A DNA stretch of 57,526 nt, from contig CAUYUJ010000018.1 of assembly GCA_963575745.1 (NCBI GenBank), forward strand, positions 62,001 through 119,526, in the 5' to 3' direction. This stretch comes from Prorocentrum cordatum (taxonomy: Eukaryota). A program made the translations under genes and the position numbers. Below, in pieces: positions 1 through 14,261 of this stretch; the stretch's first letter is position 1, and every line of letters starts with the position of its first letter. Below the pieces are notes generated by a model. The model was not told where the DNA came from. It ran no database searches and saw only the letters and a list, made by a program, of their open reading frames with translations.

Positions 1-95
1 GACCCCTCCCTGGCGCTGGGAGCGCGCCAGGGGCCGAGGCACCGCCAAAGAGGCCGCGGCCGCGGCCAGCGGCGACGCCGGGAGAAGTGAGCAGG

Positions 96-1915
<1,820 letters not shown>

Positions 1916-2052
1916 TCATTCCTCTATCTCATAGAAAGCTTTTCCCTGTCGCACCCCGAAGCCGATCGAAAGGGCGGGCTGGTCATGTCGCCTGAGATTA
2001 TGTCACCGCTAATGACCCTGAAGCCTAAACATTGGCAACAGCTTCGCAGATG

Positions 2053-2430
2053 GAGGGCGGGCCGTTTTCAAAATGTGGTTTTCGCCTTAGCGCCGCGCAC
2101 ATTCGTTTAACACATTGCAAGCTTTTCGCGGATTGAGGGCGGTTCGTTCTCAAAATGCGGCTCTCGCCTTAACGCCGCGCACACTCGTTTTAACACGTTG
2201 CGAGCGCACCCTCCCAATTCTAAACTTGCAAGCGTTTCACGGAAACGTGCCAGAAATTCTGTTCTGGAAAGACTCAAGGTTATGAGGGCGCAACAGCTAC
2301 GTTGATTCGCGGTGTTGAAATCCCAGGAACGGCGTTCTGGCACGACTCAGGGTCGTCAAAGACGCAACAGTCAAGTTGATCCACGGCATTGGAGCCCGAG
2401 AATAATGTTTTGGCATGCTTCAGGGTCTTC
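2053..2430. repeat. Two short degenerate tandem duplications (~82-bp and ~75-bp units)
   Basis: gagggcgg..cgtt.tcaaaatg.gg.t.tcgcctta.cgccgcgcaca occurs at ~2053 and ~2135. ttctgg...gactca.ggt...gcaacag...gttgat occurs at ~2263 and ~2335, with a partial copy at ~2408. Confidence 0.7.
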
Positions 2431-3509
2431 AAACGGCTGTCTCCCAACGAGGCAGTTCACTCATTGGAGATGAATCCTGGTAGGGGCCTGTGAAGAATAA
2501 GCTTGGAAGGAGGGTTTATTACAGCATCGTTGATGATTTTTGGGTTTACACTGGTCCTCGTCGTCCTCCTCTTCCTCCACCTCCCCCTCATCCTCCTCAT
2601 CCTCCTCATCTCATGCTCCTTTCCATCCTCCGCGATAAGATTCCCATTATGGGCTTCCGGAGGCATCGAAGCTCGATCATGGCCCCCTTGTCTCCTAATC
2701 GAGCGGATGGGGTCGGAGGATCGCACCGCACCGTCGATGCATCAGAGCCCCGCCGCGCTCCCGGGTGCCGCCCAGAGGCTCTGAGATCCAAGACTCCCCC
2801 GGGTCACGAAGTACTGAGGACGGACATGTTGCGTTATTTGCGGCCTCTCGGGGGTCTTCCGAACCGTCAAAGCACGGCTCGGGATGAAAAGCTGGTCTAC
2901 ACGGAGGTCCACGTCAGGGACCTGGGATCTGGGAACCAGACAAGAATTCAAACTTTCGGAGCGAGTGCCAGTCTGACTCTCCAGAATCCAGACCAGTGGC
3001 CCGTCGCAGCGACGATTCAAAAAAACGGCGAGGAAGGATGGACACTGCCCGGGTTCTGTGGCACAAACAAGGAAAGCTCAGAGACATTCCCCGCTCTGGT
3101 TCCGTGCTCGCTGGCCGACGTCGCGCGGCAGCCAGGGGCAGGGAACTGTGGGCGGGGGCCCGGCACAGACCGTGCCCGGCGCGCGCTCATGCCGCGGCGC
3201 TGATCGTGCCTTCCAGCCAGGTTCGCTCCCGGAGTCCCCCGCTCTGCATCTTGAACACTGCCGGCCTAGCCGCTCGCCTTCGGCACTCTTTGGTGGGCGG
3301 GTGCCGGCGGGCGTAGCTGGCCGGGCGGCGCCGTGCTGACGCGCAGCTGGAGAGCGCCCGCGCGCCGTGCTTCGCGGGCACACAGACGCGGTCAATCCAA
3401 CTATTCGCGGCAGTGTGACTCTGATGGCTGGTGCTTGCCAGTCGCGGCTGTTGACTGGTCGTCGCGTTGGCCTGGCGAACGCCGAGCAGCAACGGCCCGG
3501 CGCGTGCTG

Positions 3510-3625
3510 ACTGAACGCAGCCAAACGCAGCGCAGTGTCGCAAGTGTCTATCTCGGCTGTTCGTGGCTGTCTCTGTACAGCATAGATGTCGGCGGCCAGT
3601 GCCGCATCCGACATCGCACACCGTC
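3510..3625 (-). pseudogene. Possible decayed class I SAM-dependent methyltransferase fragment
   Basis: TVCDVGCGTG (DVGCGTG at 3615-3595) matches motif I. After a 1-nt frameshift, EIDTCDTALRLA resembles the acidic motif II region. Confidence 0.35.
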
Positions 3626-4509
3626 TGTCGGTGGCACAGCGTGGCCAAGGCGACAGGCCACCGCGACGCATGCCGCCTGATTTGCAGAGGCGCGCGCAGC
3701 AATGCAGCACTAACATTTGCAGCGGCGCGTTGTCGCGCCGCCATTTTGAAATGCAGGCGGTGCTGAAGTGCCAGAACCGTGCACCTGCGCGCAGCGCGTG
3801 TTGAGCGCCCGACGAACTGTGGCCGCCAGAGCTTGGCGGCCCGCCAGCTGATCGCCCACTGCGGGCGCGCCAGCTGTCTCGCGACGACCGCGCCATTGCC
3901 CGCGCTGCGCTGCCGCGCTGAGAAATGAGAAAGCCCTCGCAGCTGACGCGGGCTGGCCAGCCACTGATGGTAGTGAACGGCTTCTCGGCGGCGGTCGCGT
4001 CGAACGCGGCCTGCGGCGAGCGCGCGGCCGGGTCGCCCTCGGGGCGCTCGTCGCAGCGGCGCCGCCGAGCGTCCTGCAGCCGGCGCGCCTGATGCTGGCG
4101 CGCTCGCGCCCGTCGGCGCGCGGCGGCGGCAGTCGAGGCGCGCGCATCCACGCTGCGCGAGGAGTTCAGGAGTAGATGCTGCGCCAGATGGACGCACGAA
4201 CATTTCCACCGATCCGTTGTGGGCGCGGCGAGATCCGCGCTGCTAGCTGCTGGCGGCCCCGTGGCGCGCGGTGGCGGGGTGCAAGCAGGAGTATTTGCCC
4301 GGGGAAATAGAGTCGTGCGCAACCGCAGCGGCCGCGTCGTTCTGCGTGGCGTAATCGGGCTGCTGGCGGTAAGCCTGGTAGCTGATGCCGCGAGCTGCGC
4401 AACTCTGGGCGCGACCTCACCGATGGCGCTCCGGGGCGGCACTGCCGCGCGAGTCGACGCAATAGTGCGCGACCGCCCGCGCGAGGGCGCTGTCGCGGCG
4501 GCGCGCAGG

Positions 4510-4985
4510 CAGCGCGCTGGCGCGTGTCGGCGCCAAGCCGCGTAGGACGGTCTCCAAGACCTGGCACCACCGCGCGCCGAAGCCGCACTGGCGCGCCAGA
4601 CCCACCCTCGGCAGACCCTGAAGCTTCTGACTCCAGCTCAACAAGAATATCCGCCATAGGGCCCCCTTCCTCCACGAAAGCAATCTCGTCGGCAGCAGCG
4701 CGAGGGCGCGTCGCAGCCAGCGCGCGCGACGCGAGCGGCGTCGGGCCCGAGGAGTGGTGCCGCCTGGCGCACTGCTGCACCGCGGCGACGGCTTCCACTT
4801 TCCCCAAATTCAGGGGCGCCCGCGTCTGCAAGCGGCGACTTGGGAGTTGCGCGACGCCGCGGCTCTCCGTCGCGACCGCGGAAGCAATGTCCTCCAAGAT
4901 CTTCGCGGCGTCCGCGATGATCTTGAACTCGGCGTCCTGGCCAGCCACGACGCTTCGCAGCCCGCTGCCATCCGCGCGCGCTCGT
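4510..4985 (-). pseudogene. Possible decayed filamin/ABP280-repeat coding sequence
   Basis: ARADGSGLRSVVAGQDAEFKIIA resembles the filamin repeat N-half. EEGG..DILVELE...VVPGLGD/SYAA/APTRAS (with frameshifts) resembles the C-half DxGDGxYxVxYxPTxxG. Confidence 0.45.
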
Positions 4986-6788
4986 TCTCGGCGCTCTCCC
5001 AGACGGATTTCGCGTCGGCGAGGCGGAGCCGGCGAGCGAACCCTCCCGGGATGGCGAAACGCGGCCATCCCGGCGGCCCTTTGCTTCGTTCGCCCTGCAG
5101 AATGCATGCCGGCGCGGGCGAGCGAGCTGTTGCGCTGAGCATGTGCCAGCAGCGATCAGACAAGCTCACCTTCTGTCAAGAATCCCGTGAGACGCGGAAG
5201 CACGTTCACCTACGCGTTGGCGATGCGCGCGGTTCTGGGCGCTGAACTCGCCGCGGCGCGGCCCCCTCGTCTCCCGCGCGAAGGGGGGGGAAGGGTTCTG
5301 TGGCAACGCCCCAAGCGAGGGCAGCCCGCTGCAACAGCGCGCGCGCGCGCAGCGGCGCATTCCGCCTATCCTGCAACCGCGAGGCTGAGCGGGCCGCAAG
5401 ACGGCGGCGCGCGCGCTACATTTGCGGTGCGACTTTTTTTGTGGCGCCGCTGCGGATGGCAGCCACGGGTCGCGCGGCGTGGCGCGCCACTTAGACTGCG
5501 CCGTTGCACGCGCGCGCGCCCGCCCGCGGGAAGTTGCGGTTACTGTGCGCCAGCATGGCCTGCCAGGCGCACGCGCCAAGGGCGATCCTGCTGGGCGGCC
5601 CCATTGACTGCGACTCGCCGATGGCGATGAACACATCGACGCCCCCCCGCAGCGCGCGCGCGCGCGGGCCGCGGGCCTGCAGGGCCGACGTGGCCCGATG
5701 CGGCCGCAACGCGGCGAATGAAGTCTGAGAAGGCGCACGGCGCTGCTGCGGCTGCAATCCGCCGGCGATCGATCCCGAGCTCGTTGTCGCAGTAGGCGTA
5801 GACGCGTAAACGCGGTGGCGGCGTTGGCCCTGACCGGCAGGCGGCCTGGCCCCGAGGACTAGGGCGTCCTGTCAGCGGGGCGCACCCAGGCACGCGGGCC
5901 ACAGATGCGCGCTCAGACCCTTGCTGCCGTTGTCTAGGAAGCGTCCTCAGCCGCCGCGTGCACCAGCTGGCGCGCTGCGCCTAACTGATATTGCGCCGCC
6001 GACTGCGAGTGAAAGTTGCCGGATGCAGCAGCGCTGAGTTTGAAAAGCGGTCAAAACAAATGGTTTTGCAGCGCATTTCTTACTTGCCGACTGCAAGTGA
6101 AGGTTGCGGCCGCAGGCCGATGCTCGGCGCGGGAGAGCAGGCGCACAGCGAGCAGCCGCCATGGCGGGGATGCATCAGGATGTAGGGAATGGTTGAGGTG
6201 TGCGAGAAGGGGAAGGCATGGCAGTGGCAGGGTTGGTCGGGTCTGCGCGAGCCGCGCGGCGGCGCTCACTCTTCCTCCGCGCTTGGGCGTCCTTCGCGGC
6301 ATCCTCCCCCTCATTGTCCGTCCCCTCCTCCCGACTGTTTGCCTCGCCCTCTGCCTTGCGTCGCCCCCCATCCCCCAGCGCGTCGGACTGCAGCCGGCGC
6401 CCCGCGGTGCGCGGCGTTGCAGAAGACAAGCAGACTGGGCAGCGAGCCCATGGATGGGCGTCCGCGCAGCTCGCGGAGCGCAGCCGCGCGCGCAGGAGCG
6501 CGCGGCGCGCGCGCATTCTGCCCAGACAGAGCTGCGCGCAAACGTGTGCACTAGTTTTGTTGCGGGTTGCTTCGGCGCGGCGCGCGACCGAGCTCTGCGC
6601 CCCTGCCCACTGACCCAGGGCGCAGCAGAGAGGCCGTGAACTCCCAGCCCAGACAACAGATGGAGGAATTACCCTGGCGACGTACCCAACCCCTGCGTAA
6701 TGCGGGGCATGAGTAGCTTGGAACACGTTATACGGAGGTAATGACGTGACATGGGCGCATATACTTCTGCGAGCGGCATTCCCGAGGC

Positions 6789-8428
6789 TCGCAGCCCCCC
6801 AGGGATTGCAAGGCCCCGCTCAGGTCTGCGGGGTGCTTCGCTCCGCCGGGCCCACCGGCAGCCCTCGAAAGCGGCGACAACGTCGCAGATCGCAGCCCCC
6901 CAGGGACGGCGAGGTCCCGCTCAGGTCTGCGCGGTGCCTCACTCCGCTGGGCCCACCAGCAGCCCTCGAAAGTGGCGACAACGTCGCAGATCGCCGCCTC
7001 AGGGACGGCGAGGTCCCGGTCAGGTCTGCGGGGTGCCTCACTCCGCTGGACCCACCAGCAGCCCTCGAAAACGGCCACAATGTCGAAGATCGCAGCCCTC
7101 CAGGGGCGGCGAGGTCCTGCTCAGGGCCTCACTCCGCCGGATCCGCCAGCAGCCTTCGAAAGAAGCCACAATGTCGCAGATCGCAGCCCCCAGGGAACGG
7201 CGACGTCTCGCTCAATTCTGCGCGGTCCCTCGCTCCGATGGACCCATCAGCAGCCCTCGAAAGCGGCGACAATGTTGCAGCTCGCAGCCCCCCAGGGGCG
7301 GCGAGGTCCCGCTCAGGTGCGGTGCCTCACTCCGTTGGACCCACCAGCAGCCCTCGAAAGTGGCCACAAAGTCGCAGATCGCAGCTCCCCAGGGACGGCG
7401 AGGTCCTGCTCAGGTCTGCGCGGTGCCTCACTCCGTTGGACCCGCCAGCAGCCCTCGAAAGTGGCAACACCATCGCAGATCGCAGCCCCCCAGGGACGGC
7501 GAGGTCCAGCTCGGGTCTGCGCGGTGCCTTACTCCGATGGACCCACCAGCAGCCCTCGAAAGTGGCGACAATGTCGCACATCGCAGCTCCCCAAGGACGG
7601 CGAGATCCCGCTCAGGTCTGCGCGGTGCCTCGCTCCGATGGGCCCACCAGCAGCCCGCAAAAGCGGCGACAGCGTCGCAGATCGCAGCCCCCCAGGGACG
7701 GCGAGGTCCCGCTCAGGTCTGCGCGGTGCCTCACTCCGATGTGCCACCAGCAGCCTTCGAAAGCGGCGACAACGTCGCAGATCGCAGCCCCCCAGGGACG
7801 GCGAGGCCCCGCTCAGGTCCGCGCGGCGCCTCACTCCGCTGGGCCCACCAGCAGCACTCGAAAGCGGCGACAATGTCGCACATCGCAGCCCACCAGGGAC
7901 GGCGCGGTCCCGCTCAGGTCTGCGCGGTGCCTCACTCCGATGGACCCACCAGCAGCCCTCGAAAGTGGCGACAGCGTCGCAGGTCGCAGCCCCCCAGTGA
8001 CGGCGAGGTCCCGCTCAGGTCTGCGCGGTGCCTCACTCCGTTGGACCCGCCAGCAGCCCTCGAAAGTGGCAACACCGTCGCGGATCGCAGCCCCCCTGGG
8101 ACGGCGAAGTCCCGCTCAGGTCTGCGCGGCGCCTCACTCCGCTGGGCCGCCAGCAGCCCTCGAAAGTGGCGGCTGCGTCGCAGATCGCCGCCTCAGGGAT
8201 GGCGAGCTCCCGCTCAGCTCTGCGCGGTGCTTCACCCCGCTGGGCCCGCCAGCAGCCCTCGAAAGCGGCGGCAGCGTCGCAGATCGCAGCCCCCCAGGGA
8301 CGGCGCGGTCCCGCTCAGGTCTGCGCGGTGCCTCACTCCGATGGACCCACCGGCAGCCCTCGAAAGTGGCGACAGCGTCGCAGATCGCAGCCATCCAGGG
8401 ACGGCGCGGTCCCGCTCGGGTCTCGCGG
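6789..8428. repeat. Tandem satellite, ~101-bp unit, about 16 copies
   Basis: The anchor ccctcgaaag recurs about every 100 nt (~6863, 6963, 7062 ... 8257, 8357). Unit: cagccctcgaaagYggcgacaacgtcgcagatcgcagccccccagggacggcgaggtcccgctcaggtctgcgcggtgcctcactccgNtggRcccaccag. Confidence 0.97.
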
Positions 8429-11400
8429 TGGACAGGAGGCAGGAGGCGGGGGCAGGAGGAGGGAGACGCGACCGCGGTGCTCTATTCAAAACGAAAACCC
8501 AACCAATAAGGGTTAAGACAAATCGCAGTTGCAAGCCAGCGCGAGCATGTCGCGCTCGGCTCTGCGTGGGTCTGGCGAACCTCTTGGAGGAGGCTTCAAG
8601 CTCTCAGGAGCTCGATCCCATGGGTCGTCGGGCGCCGATTCAATTGAACAGGCGCTGACCGCGATCCATCGCCAGCTGCGCGGCGTGGGACAAGGCACGC
8701 CCTTGGCTGGGGGCGCCGAGTCGTCGAGCCGGTCGGCGAAGCCTCAACGGAGGTGTTCCTCCCACCGGGCGACGGCGCAGCAGAGGACAACGCGCCGGAC
8801 GAGCCAGGTTCTGGGCCCGCGGCAAGTTGCATGCTGAAGACAGACCGTGCCAGACGGTAGATGAACAGCTGAGCGGCGGATCGCAGCGGCGTTGCACTGC
8901 CCGCGTCAGCTGGCACGCGCCTGAGATGTTCCCGTTCACTAAGGCGGCGACGTGGCTGAGTAGGTGGACAAGGGTAGACGCGTAGAGAAAGGCGCACAAT
9001 ATGTCATGTGCACACGGGCTGGAATCGCATGCCGGCTGACCCGGCCCACGCGCGGTCTTTCCGTGAGCTGCGTCCTCCGCGACAGAGCTGACTGCATCAC
9101 GTGGCTGACTGGGAGAAACCAATATCGGTGCCAGCAGGCACTTGGAGAGGCGGCTGGAACCGAGCTTGGCCAGGGCCAGCCCGCGCGCGCGAAGGCGTGC
9201 AACTGGGCGCATCAGTGCCCCATCGCGCATAGCACAGCGAAAGGTTTCGCACTGGCTTGGCATGCCTCTGCCTCTGCGCACGCTCTGGCGCATAGCTGTG
9301 CATGCTGATGCCCGGCGCGCGCCGCGTGACACGCAGGCGCGCGCGCGCGCGCGGCGCCGCGCGCGCGCTGGCGCCACCGGGCACAAACGGCGCCCCATCG
9401 CGCGCAGCGCAACGCACTGGAGGCCAAAGCATTGCGCGCCGTGCTTGCGCAGCTGCATTACCAGGCATTAGCGATGCCCCGGGCGCGCTGAGCAGCGCGC
9501 GCATGCGCAAGGGCGGCGCGCGCCGCGAGGCTGGCGCAGCGCGCGCTGACAACGCGCATTCGCGCCCCCCGCCAGCGAGTCCCAAACGATAAGACAACTG
9601 CCGCAAACGGGTCATCCGCGAACGCTTCTCTGTCCGAAACTGGCGTGGAAGAAGGCGCGCAGGTTGCCGCGTGGCCGCGCGCCTCGACCGAATGGCAGCG
9701 AAAAGGCTCCAACGAAATATTGCGGCCGAGGGCGCGACAAACGCGCCAGCATGCCTGAAGCCGCGCGTTCCGTGCATAGCGCGTCCGAGGGCCAGGGCGC
9801 ACGGCATGGAATCAATAATAGAACGACAGGTCTTGTGGTCAGGCGGGGGGCGCAGCTCTGCCCTACATACTTTCCAAATGCACTCAACCTTGCTACCTTG
9901 TTGAATGGGCGAGTGGGCCGCGCGCCTGTGGCAGCGCTGACACGCGGTCCTGGCCAGGGCCGCCCGTCGCGCAGCACGCAGGCGGGGCCGCTTCACTGTT
10001 CTTCGGGGAAGACCCTTTCACTAGGCGTCCGGGCAATACGCGGCGCAACAGCATTGCTGGCGATATGCCTGAAAGCCTCATCCTGGAGCAGAGGCGGCGC
10101 AGACGATGGCGAAGCCGCTGTCGGACTCCGCTTCGAGCAAGCGTAGAATGAGGAAGCACGGCAGTGCGCTGTTGCCGAAAATGTCGACGGTGGCGACGAG
10201 ACGACGAGACCTACAATGACCAATTCGCGTGGCGTGGCCGTCGAGCTGGCTTCAGCTGGATGTGGCGACTGCAACGTTTGCCGGATGCGCGACTGGCCTG
10301 CTGCGGTCCACAGTCAGGACACCAACATGCATCGGTGACATCTGGTTGGTGGTGGGGTGCTCACCATGGCACCAAGATGGCGTGCCTCCTCCTCAGAAAG
10401 TCTCGATGGCGATGTGGGCACCTTGGGACTCGGACCTGCAAGGGGACGGACGCCAAGTTGAAGTTCGGAAAAACCGTCATGGTGCGCGGGCCCTTGGCTG
10501 CGGCCTTGGCGTGGAAACGCTCGGAGCGCACAGCGTGCTCACTAAGATGTACGCCTGCACAGCTGCGCACTGTCCGAACCCAAGCGCTGGCCCAGCCGCG
10601 CGGCGCAACGCAAGACGGCAAGACGACTGCGTTCTGCTGCCAGTGTCGGGAAGTTGTTTGTGTGGTGAGGGAGCCGAGGCGTCGCTGCCTCCGAAGGCGG
10701 TGCGCCCCTGCACCTGGCAATCTGTCTGTTCCACGCGACGGTGCAACCACAGGAGCACTTGCGGCTTGACATTCGCTCCATCGCGCCTCTGGATGCGTTG
10801 GGCGAGTTCCCCGAAGGGGTGCTGAACAACCATACGCACAAGGTGTTCAGGAACCGGAAGGCGGCACCAATGCGGAGTGGGGCAAGTGCGGATGTGCGTC
10901 CATCTCGGACTCTGCGCAGCTCTCGTGGATCGGTGCTAGAGCTGGTTTGCACAAGCTCCGCTACCAACTGGAATTGTGGGTGACAAAGGTGCGGATCCCA
11001 GGAATCCGCGCGGAACGCCAACAATTTATGTTTATGGCGTTCTTGCTCTTCGAGATAGACCTGGCGGCAATGGAACTAGGTGTGAGAGGGATGGATGCTC
11101 CATGAAGCCAGTCTGCTATACCCACCCGCTGGGGGACACAGCGCGCACTATGAGTCGGGATGCCCCTCAGAGACGCGTGCGCCTTCAGGGCAGCGCGCAG
11201 TGAGGTGAGAGGATGAGAGGCGCGGGTGTTCCCACCGGCCAGGACTGCGCCATCTTCCATAATAAGGAGGGTTATTTTCCGCACCATCGACTATCTTCTC
11301 TCCGCGCGCACGCTCGAGCGATGCGATGACGGCGGCGGGCGCGAACGAACCATACTCAGACGAAGACGAGGAGGAGGGGGAGGAAGAGGAGGAGGAGGAG

Positions 11401-13346
11401 GAGGAGGAGGAGGAGGGGGATGAAGAGGAGGAGGAGGAGGAGCAGGAGGAAGAGCAGGAGGAGGAGGAGGAGGAGGAGAAGGGTAGGACATGGAAAAAAG
11501 ACGATGACGATGACCTCCCCCTGCGCCCCCCCGAGGGCGACGGGTGAGAAGGATCTAGGGCTGACCCAACCACCGTTTGCGAATATTGCTTCCCGAACCG
11601 CTCACGAAGCGCTCGTTTTGCACAGCCTTTCTTTCCCTCCACCGAACGGCCGTGGACAAGGCCCTTGAACTGGTTCCGAGACGTTGCCGCACCGTTCGCG
11701 AACACCCGATCACGGACATGTCTGCCCCACCCTTCCGAACACATTCTACGGCACGCCCAGGCGGCGAGTGCCTCGAGGGTGCCCGCGCCACCCTGGCATC
11801 GGGCGAGGTCGTACGCGGGCTCCCCTTCTGCATGCTCCTCGGCCAGGAGGAGGGCCTCGCGCCGGAGCGCCCCTCGGCACCCCACCGCGACCACACGCCG
11901 CGACCCGCCGGCTCGCAGACCACGGGGTCTGCCAGGCAACTGGTGGCTCACAGCAGGCTGCGGGACCTCGAGCCAAAGCGGCCACGGTGAAATAGACGGC
12001 GCCATTCTCGGGGCGTCGCGGGACGCCCCCGCGGCCGCGGCCGAGTCCGCCCCGAGGCTCCGGTGCAATCGCACCCCGGGAGGTGCCCTGGTGCCGACTT
12101 GCAACCTGCAGGCCCAAACCCCCTCACGTCGCAAACAGAATCCTGACGGGCTGTGGCTTCGCCACTCTCAACCTCCTGGGGGTCGTTGGCGGGCCCCGTG
12201 GCCGTCAAAAAACGGCCAGGGAAGAGGAGCCAGACAGAGGGGAGGTCTTCAGCGTGTACCACTCCCAGGTCGAGGATCGACGATGACTCGGGGGACGCCA
12301 ACGCGGTACAGTCGGACTGCTGAAGTAAGCAACGTTGATGAAGGTAGCCCTCTCTGGCACCAATCAACGCCTGGGCGCACGAGGAGGGCTAGAGGAACAA
12401 CCACGGAATGACCTGAGCAACTGTCAGCCCCTTCCGAAGCCAACGCGGTCCTTATTTCAGCGTCTTGGCTGCACGGTGCACACAGATCACAAGTAGTCCG
12501 CGGACAGGGGCCGCGCATTGAACAAAGCGCGACGTCGGAGGTCTCGGGCACCACCTCCACGGTGCCGACGACGCAGGCCGCGGCGACAACGCGGCCGGGC
12601 CAGGGTGCCGAGGGCAACGGCGACGGCGAAGAGGTGTTTTGAAGGTTTCGGAGTTCTGTCTCGAAAGTCTTCAGGCGATCTTTCGGAGGTGTGCGGATGC
12701 TTTCGCACGGAGCTCGGACGTCTTCGGGATGACTTCAGAAGGTTTGGGGTGGTCTTCACAGGTCTCGAAGGTGCTCTGCAATTTGAATGTTTCCAGAGGG
12801 GTTCGGAAACTCGTTCATGATTTGTTGGCGTACGTTTTTAAGGGGGTTAGGGAAAGCTTTCGCTGGGGTCGAGTGTTGATGGCTTTCGGATGCTCGAGGA
12901 AAGCTCTGGGAGGTCTCAGACAGCGTGTTGTGTCCTCCGAGATTGCTCTAACTGTTGCTCGTGATTGCTGTGCGTATACGTACACCCCTCTTCCGCTCGG
13001 CTGGCGCCCCGCCAAGTTCCATGAGCATCGTGTAACTGATCCCCATCCTCACTGGCGTGGCCTGGGCCCCACTGGCCGATTTACACCCTCGATGGGGATG
13101 CAGGCTGCTCCCGTCAGGCTTCGAAAGGCCTATCCCCGGCTGGGGTGTGTGGCATGGTGGGGCTGGGATACCATGGTCCGGTGGGGATGCGGATGGGTTT
13201 AGCGATACTGATTCCAGGAGGGGTAGCAATAGAATTAGGAAAGGGAAGAATGAATACGGACTAAGAGCAGACTGAACCCCGCGGCAGACGGAACAGACTG
13301 GGACAGCTCGGCAGTCTCGAGGGGCTCGGGGCTGGCTACTGGTCGG

Positions 13347-14153
13347 TCAGCCCTTAGCCTGCTTGGCTGCCCTGCGGTCAGCCTTTGTCACGGAGTGGTA
13401 ACCTGACTTGATTGACGTCGTCGTTCGGTCTGCGCCGCAGACGTTGCACTTTACGGCCCAGAGCCGCGTCGAGGAGTCCTTGACCAGCTCGGTGTCGGCG
13501 CCCTTGCACATGTGGCAGGTCACATAATCCTTGCGGAGGAGGGAAGCACCAACCAGACCGAGGAGGCGGGGGTGATCTGAGCATGGCCAGGGCCCTTCCT
13601 CGAGGGAGAAGCCCCCAACCAACCCAGGGGAACTCACTCCTGGCTTATCTGGTCAGGGTCCCCTGTCCCCAAAGTCCTTGATGTACTTTCGCAGCACGCT
13701 CTCCAGGTGCTTGGGCAGGTACCGGCCCTTCAAAACCAGCTGACCGTCAGCGCCGGCTCCCTCCGCGCGCGCGGTGGCAGAACCGGCCACCGAGCCCTCC
13801 GTGCCAAATTCCGCCAACACGAAGGACACGACGTGGTCGGATGGCCGCTTAATCATCTGACAGATCTCGGCAAAGTTTACCCAGGCCACCCTCTTGGAGC
13901 CCACGCGGACCACCTGCGGAGGCTTCAACACGTGCTTCTTCGCTACCCCCAGCGTCGGGCACTTGTTCTCGACGATCTCGTACATACGCGCGAGCATCTC
14001 CTGATAGGTGTACTCTGGCCCTTTCGACCAGTCCACGCTGGTAAGCTGGACTTCTTTCTCATCCTCGTCCGCTTTGTCCCTCTTCTCTTTTTTCTCCTTC
14101 TTCGGCTTCTTCTTCTTTCCGAAATCAAACTCGGGCTCCCCCTCGTCTCCCAT
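13347..14153 (-). CDS. EIF2S2: Eukaryotic translation initiation factor 2 subunit beta; two exons (14153-13677, 13529-13347)
   Basis: N-terminal poly-Lys box (DFGKKKKPKK) and eIF2B/5 core YTYQEMLARMY...KPPQVVRVGSKRVAWVNFAEICQMIKRP.DHV..FVLAEFGTEGS...QLVLKGRY...ESVLRKYIK. This joins in frame to the C4 zinc finger DYVTCHMCK...KCNVCGA..TSIKSGY. Confidence 0.95.
13530..13676 (-). other. 147-nt non-canonical GA-AG intron in eIF2-beta
   Basis: ATC AAG|GACTTT...CCGCAAG|GAT TAT. Removal restores the conserved KYIK-DYVTC. CAAGGA is repeated at both junctions. Confidence 0.85.
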
Positions 14154-14226
14154 TATTCCTACTCTTGTCTAGGGCCAGCGAGTCGTCGTGAAAGCTGCAG
14201 GAGCCTGCGTCCTTGGACCAGATCAA

Positions 14227-14261
14227 CTTGCCAAAATTGCTTGAGCCAAAACGGCTACGGA
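14227..14261 (-). other. Genomic DinoSL copy (14261-14240, 21/22 match) followed by a truncated relic SL (14239-14227)
   Basis: The minus strand reads TCCGTAGCCGTTTTGGCTCAAG then CAATTTTGGCAAG (compare CCATTTTGGCTCAAG), ~75 nt upstream of the eIF2-beta ATG. Confidence 0.92.

Noticed and set aside
6789..8428. Hammerhead ribozyme/retrozyme in the satellite
   Set aside because: GAAA is present, but no CUGANGA core was seen on either strand.
6746..8658. 587-aa and 635-aa ORFs
   Set aside because: They run through a ~101-bp satellite whose unit is not a multiple of 3; the same peptides rotate among frames.
8530..12520. Multiple 100-330-aa ORFs in complex GC-rich DNA
   Set aside because: No recognisable family; ORF lengths are as expected from the high GC content.
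12840..13346. Poly(A) tail or TSD for the eIF2-beta retrocopy
   Set aside because: There is no A-tract, and only loose similarity between 14262-14300 and ~12850-12925, so the 3' boundary is undefined.
14227..14261. SL RNA gene
   Set aside because: The SL is followed by relic SL/5'UTR rather than a GT-initiated SL intron; likewise the copy at 38891 is followed by LINE sequence.
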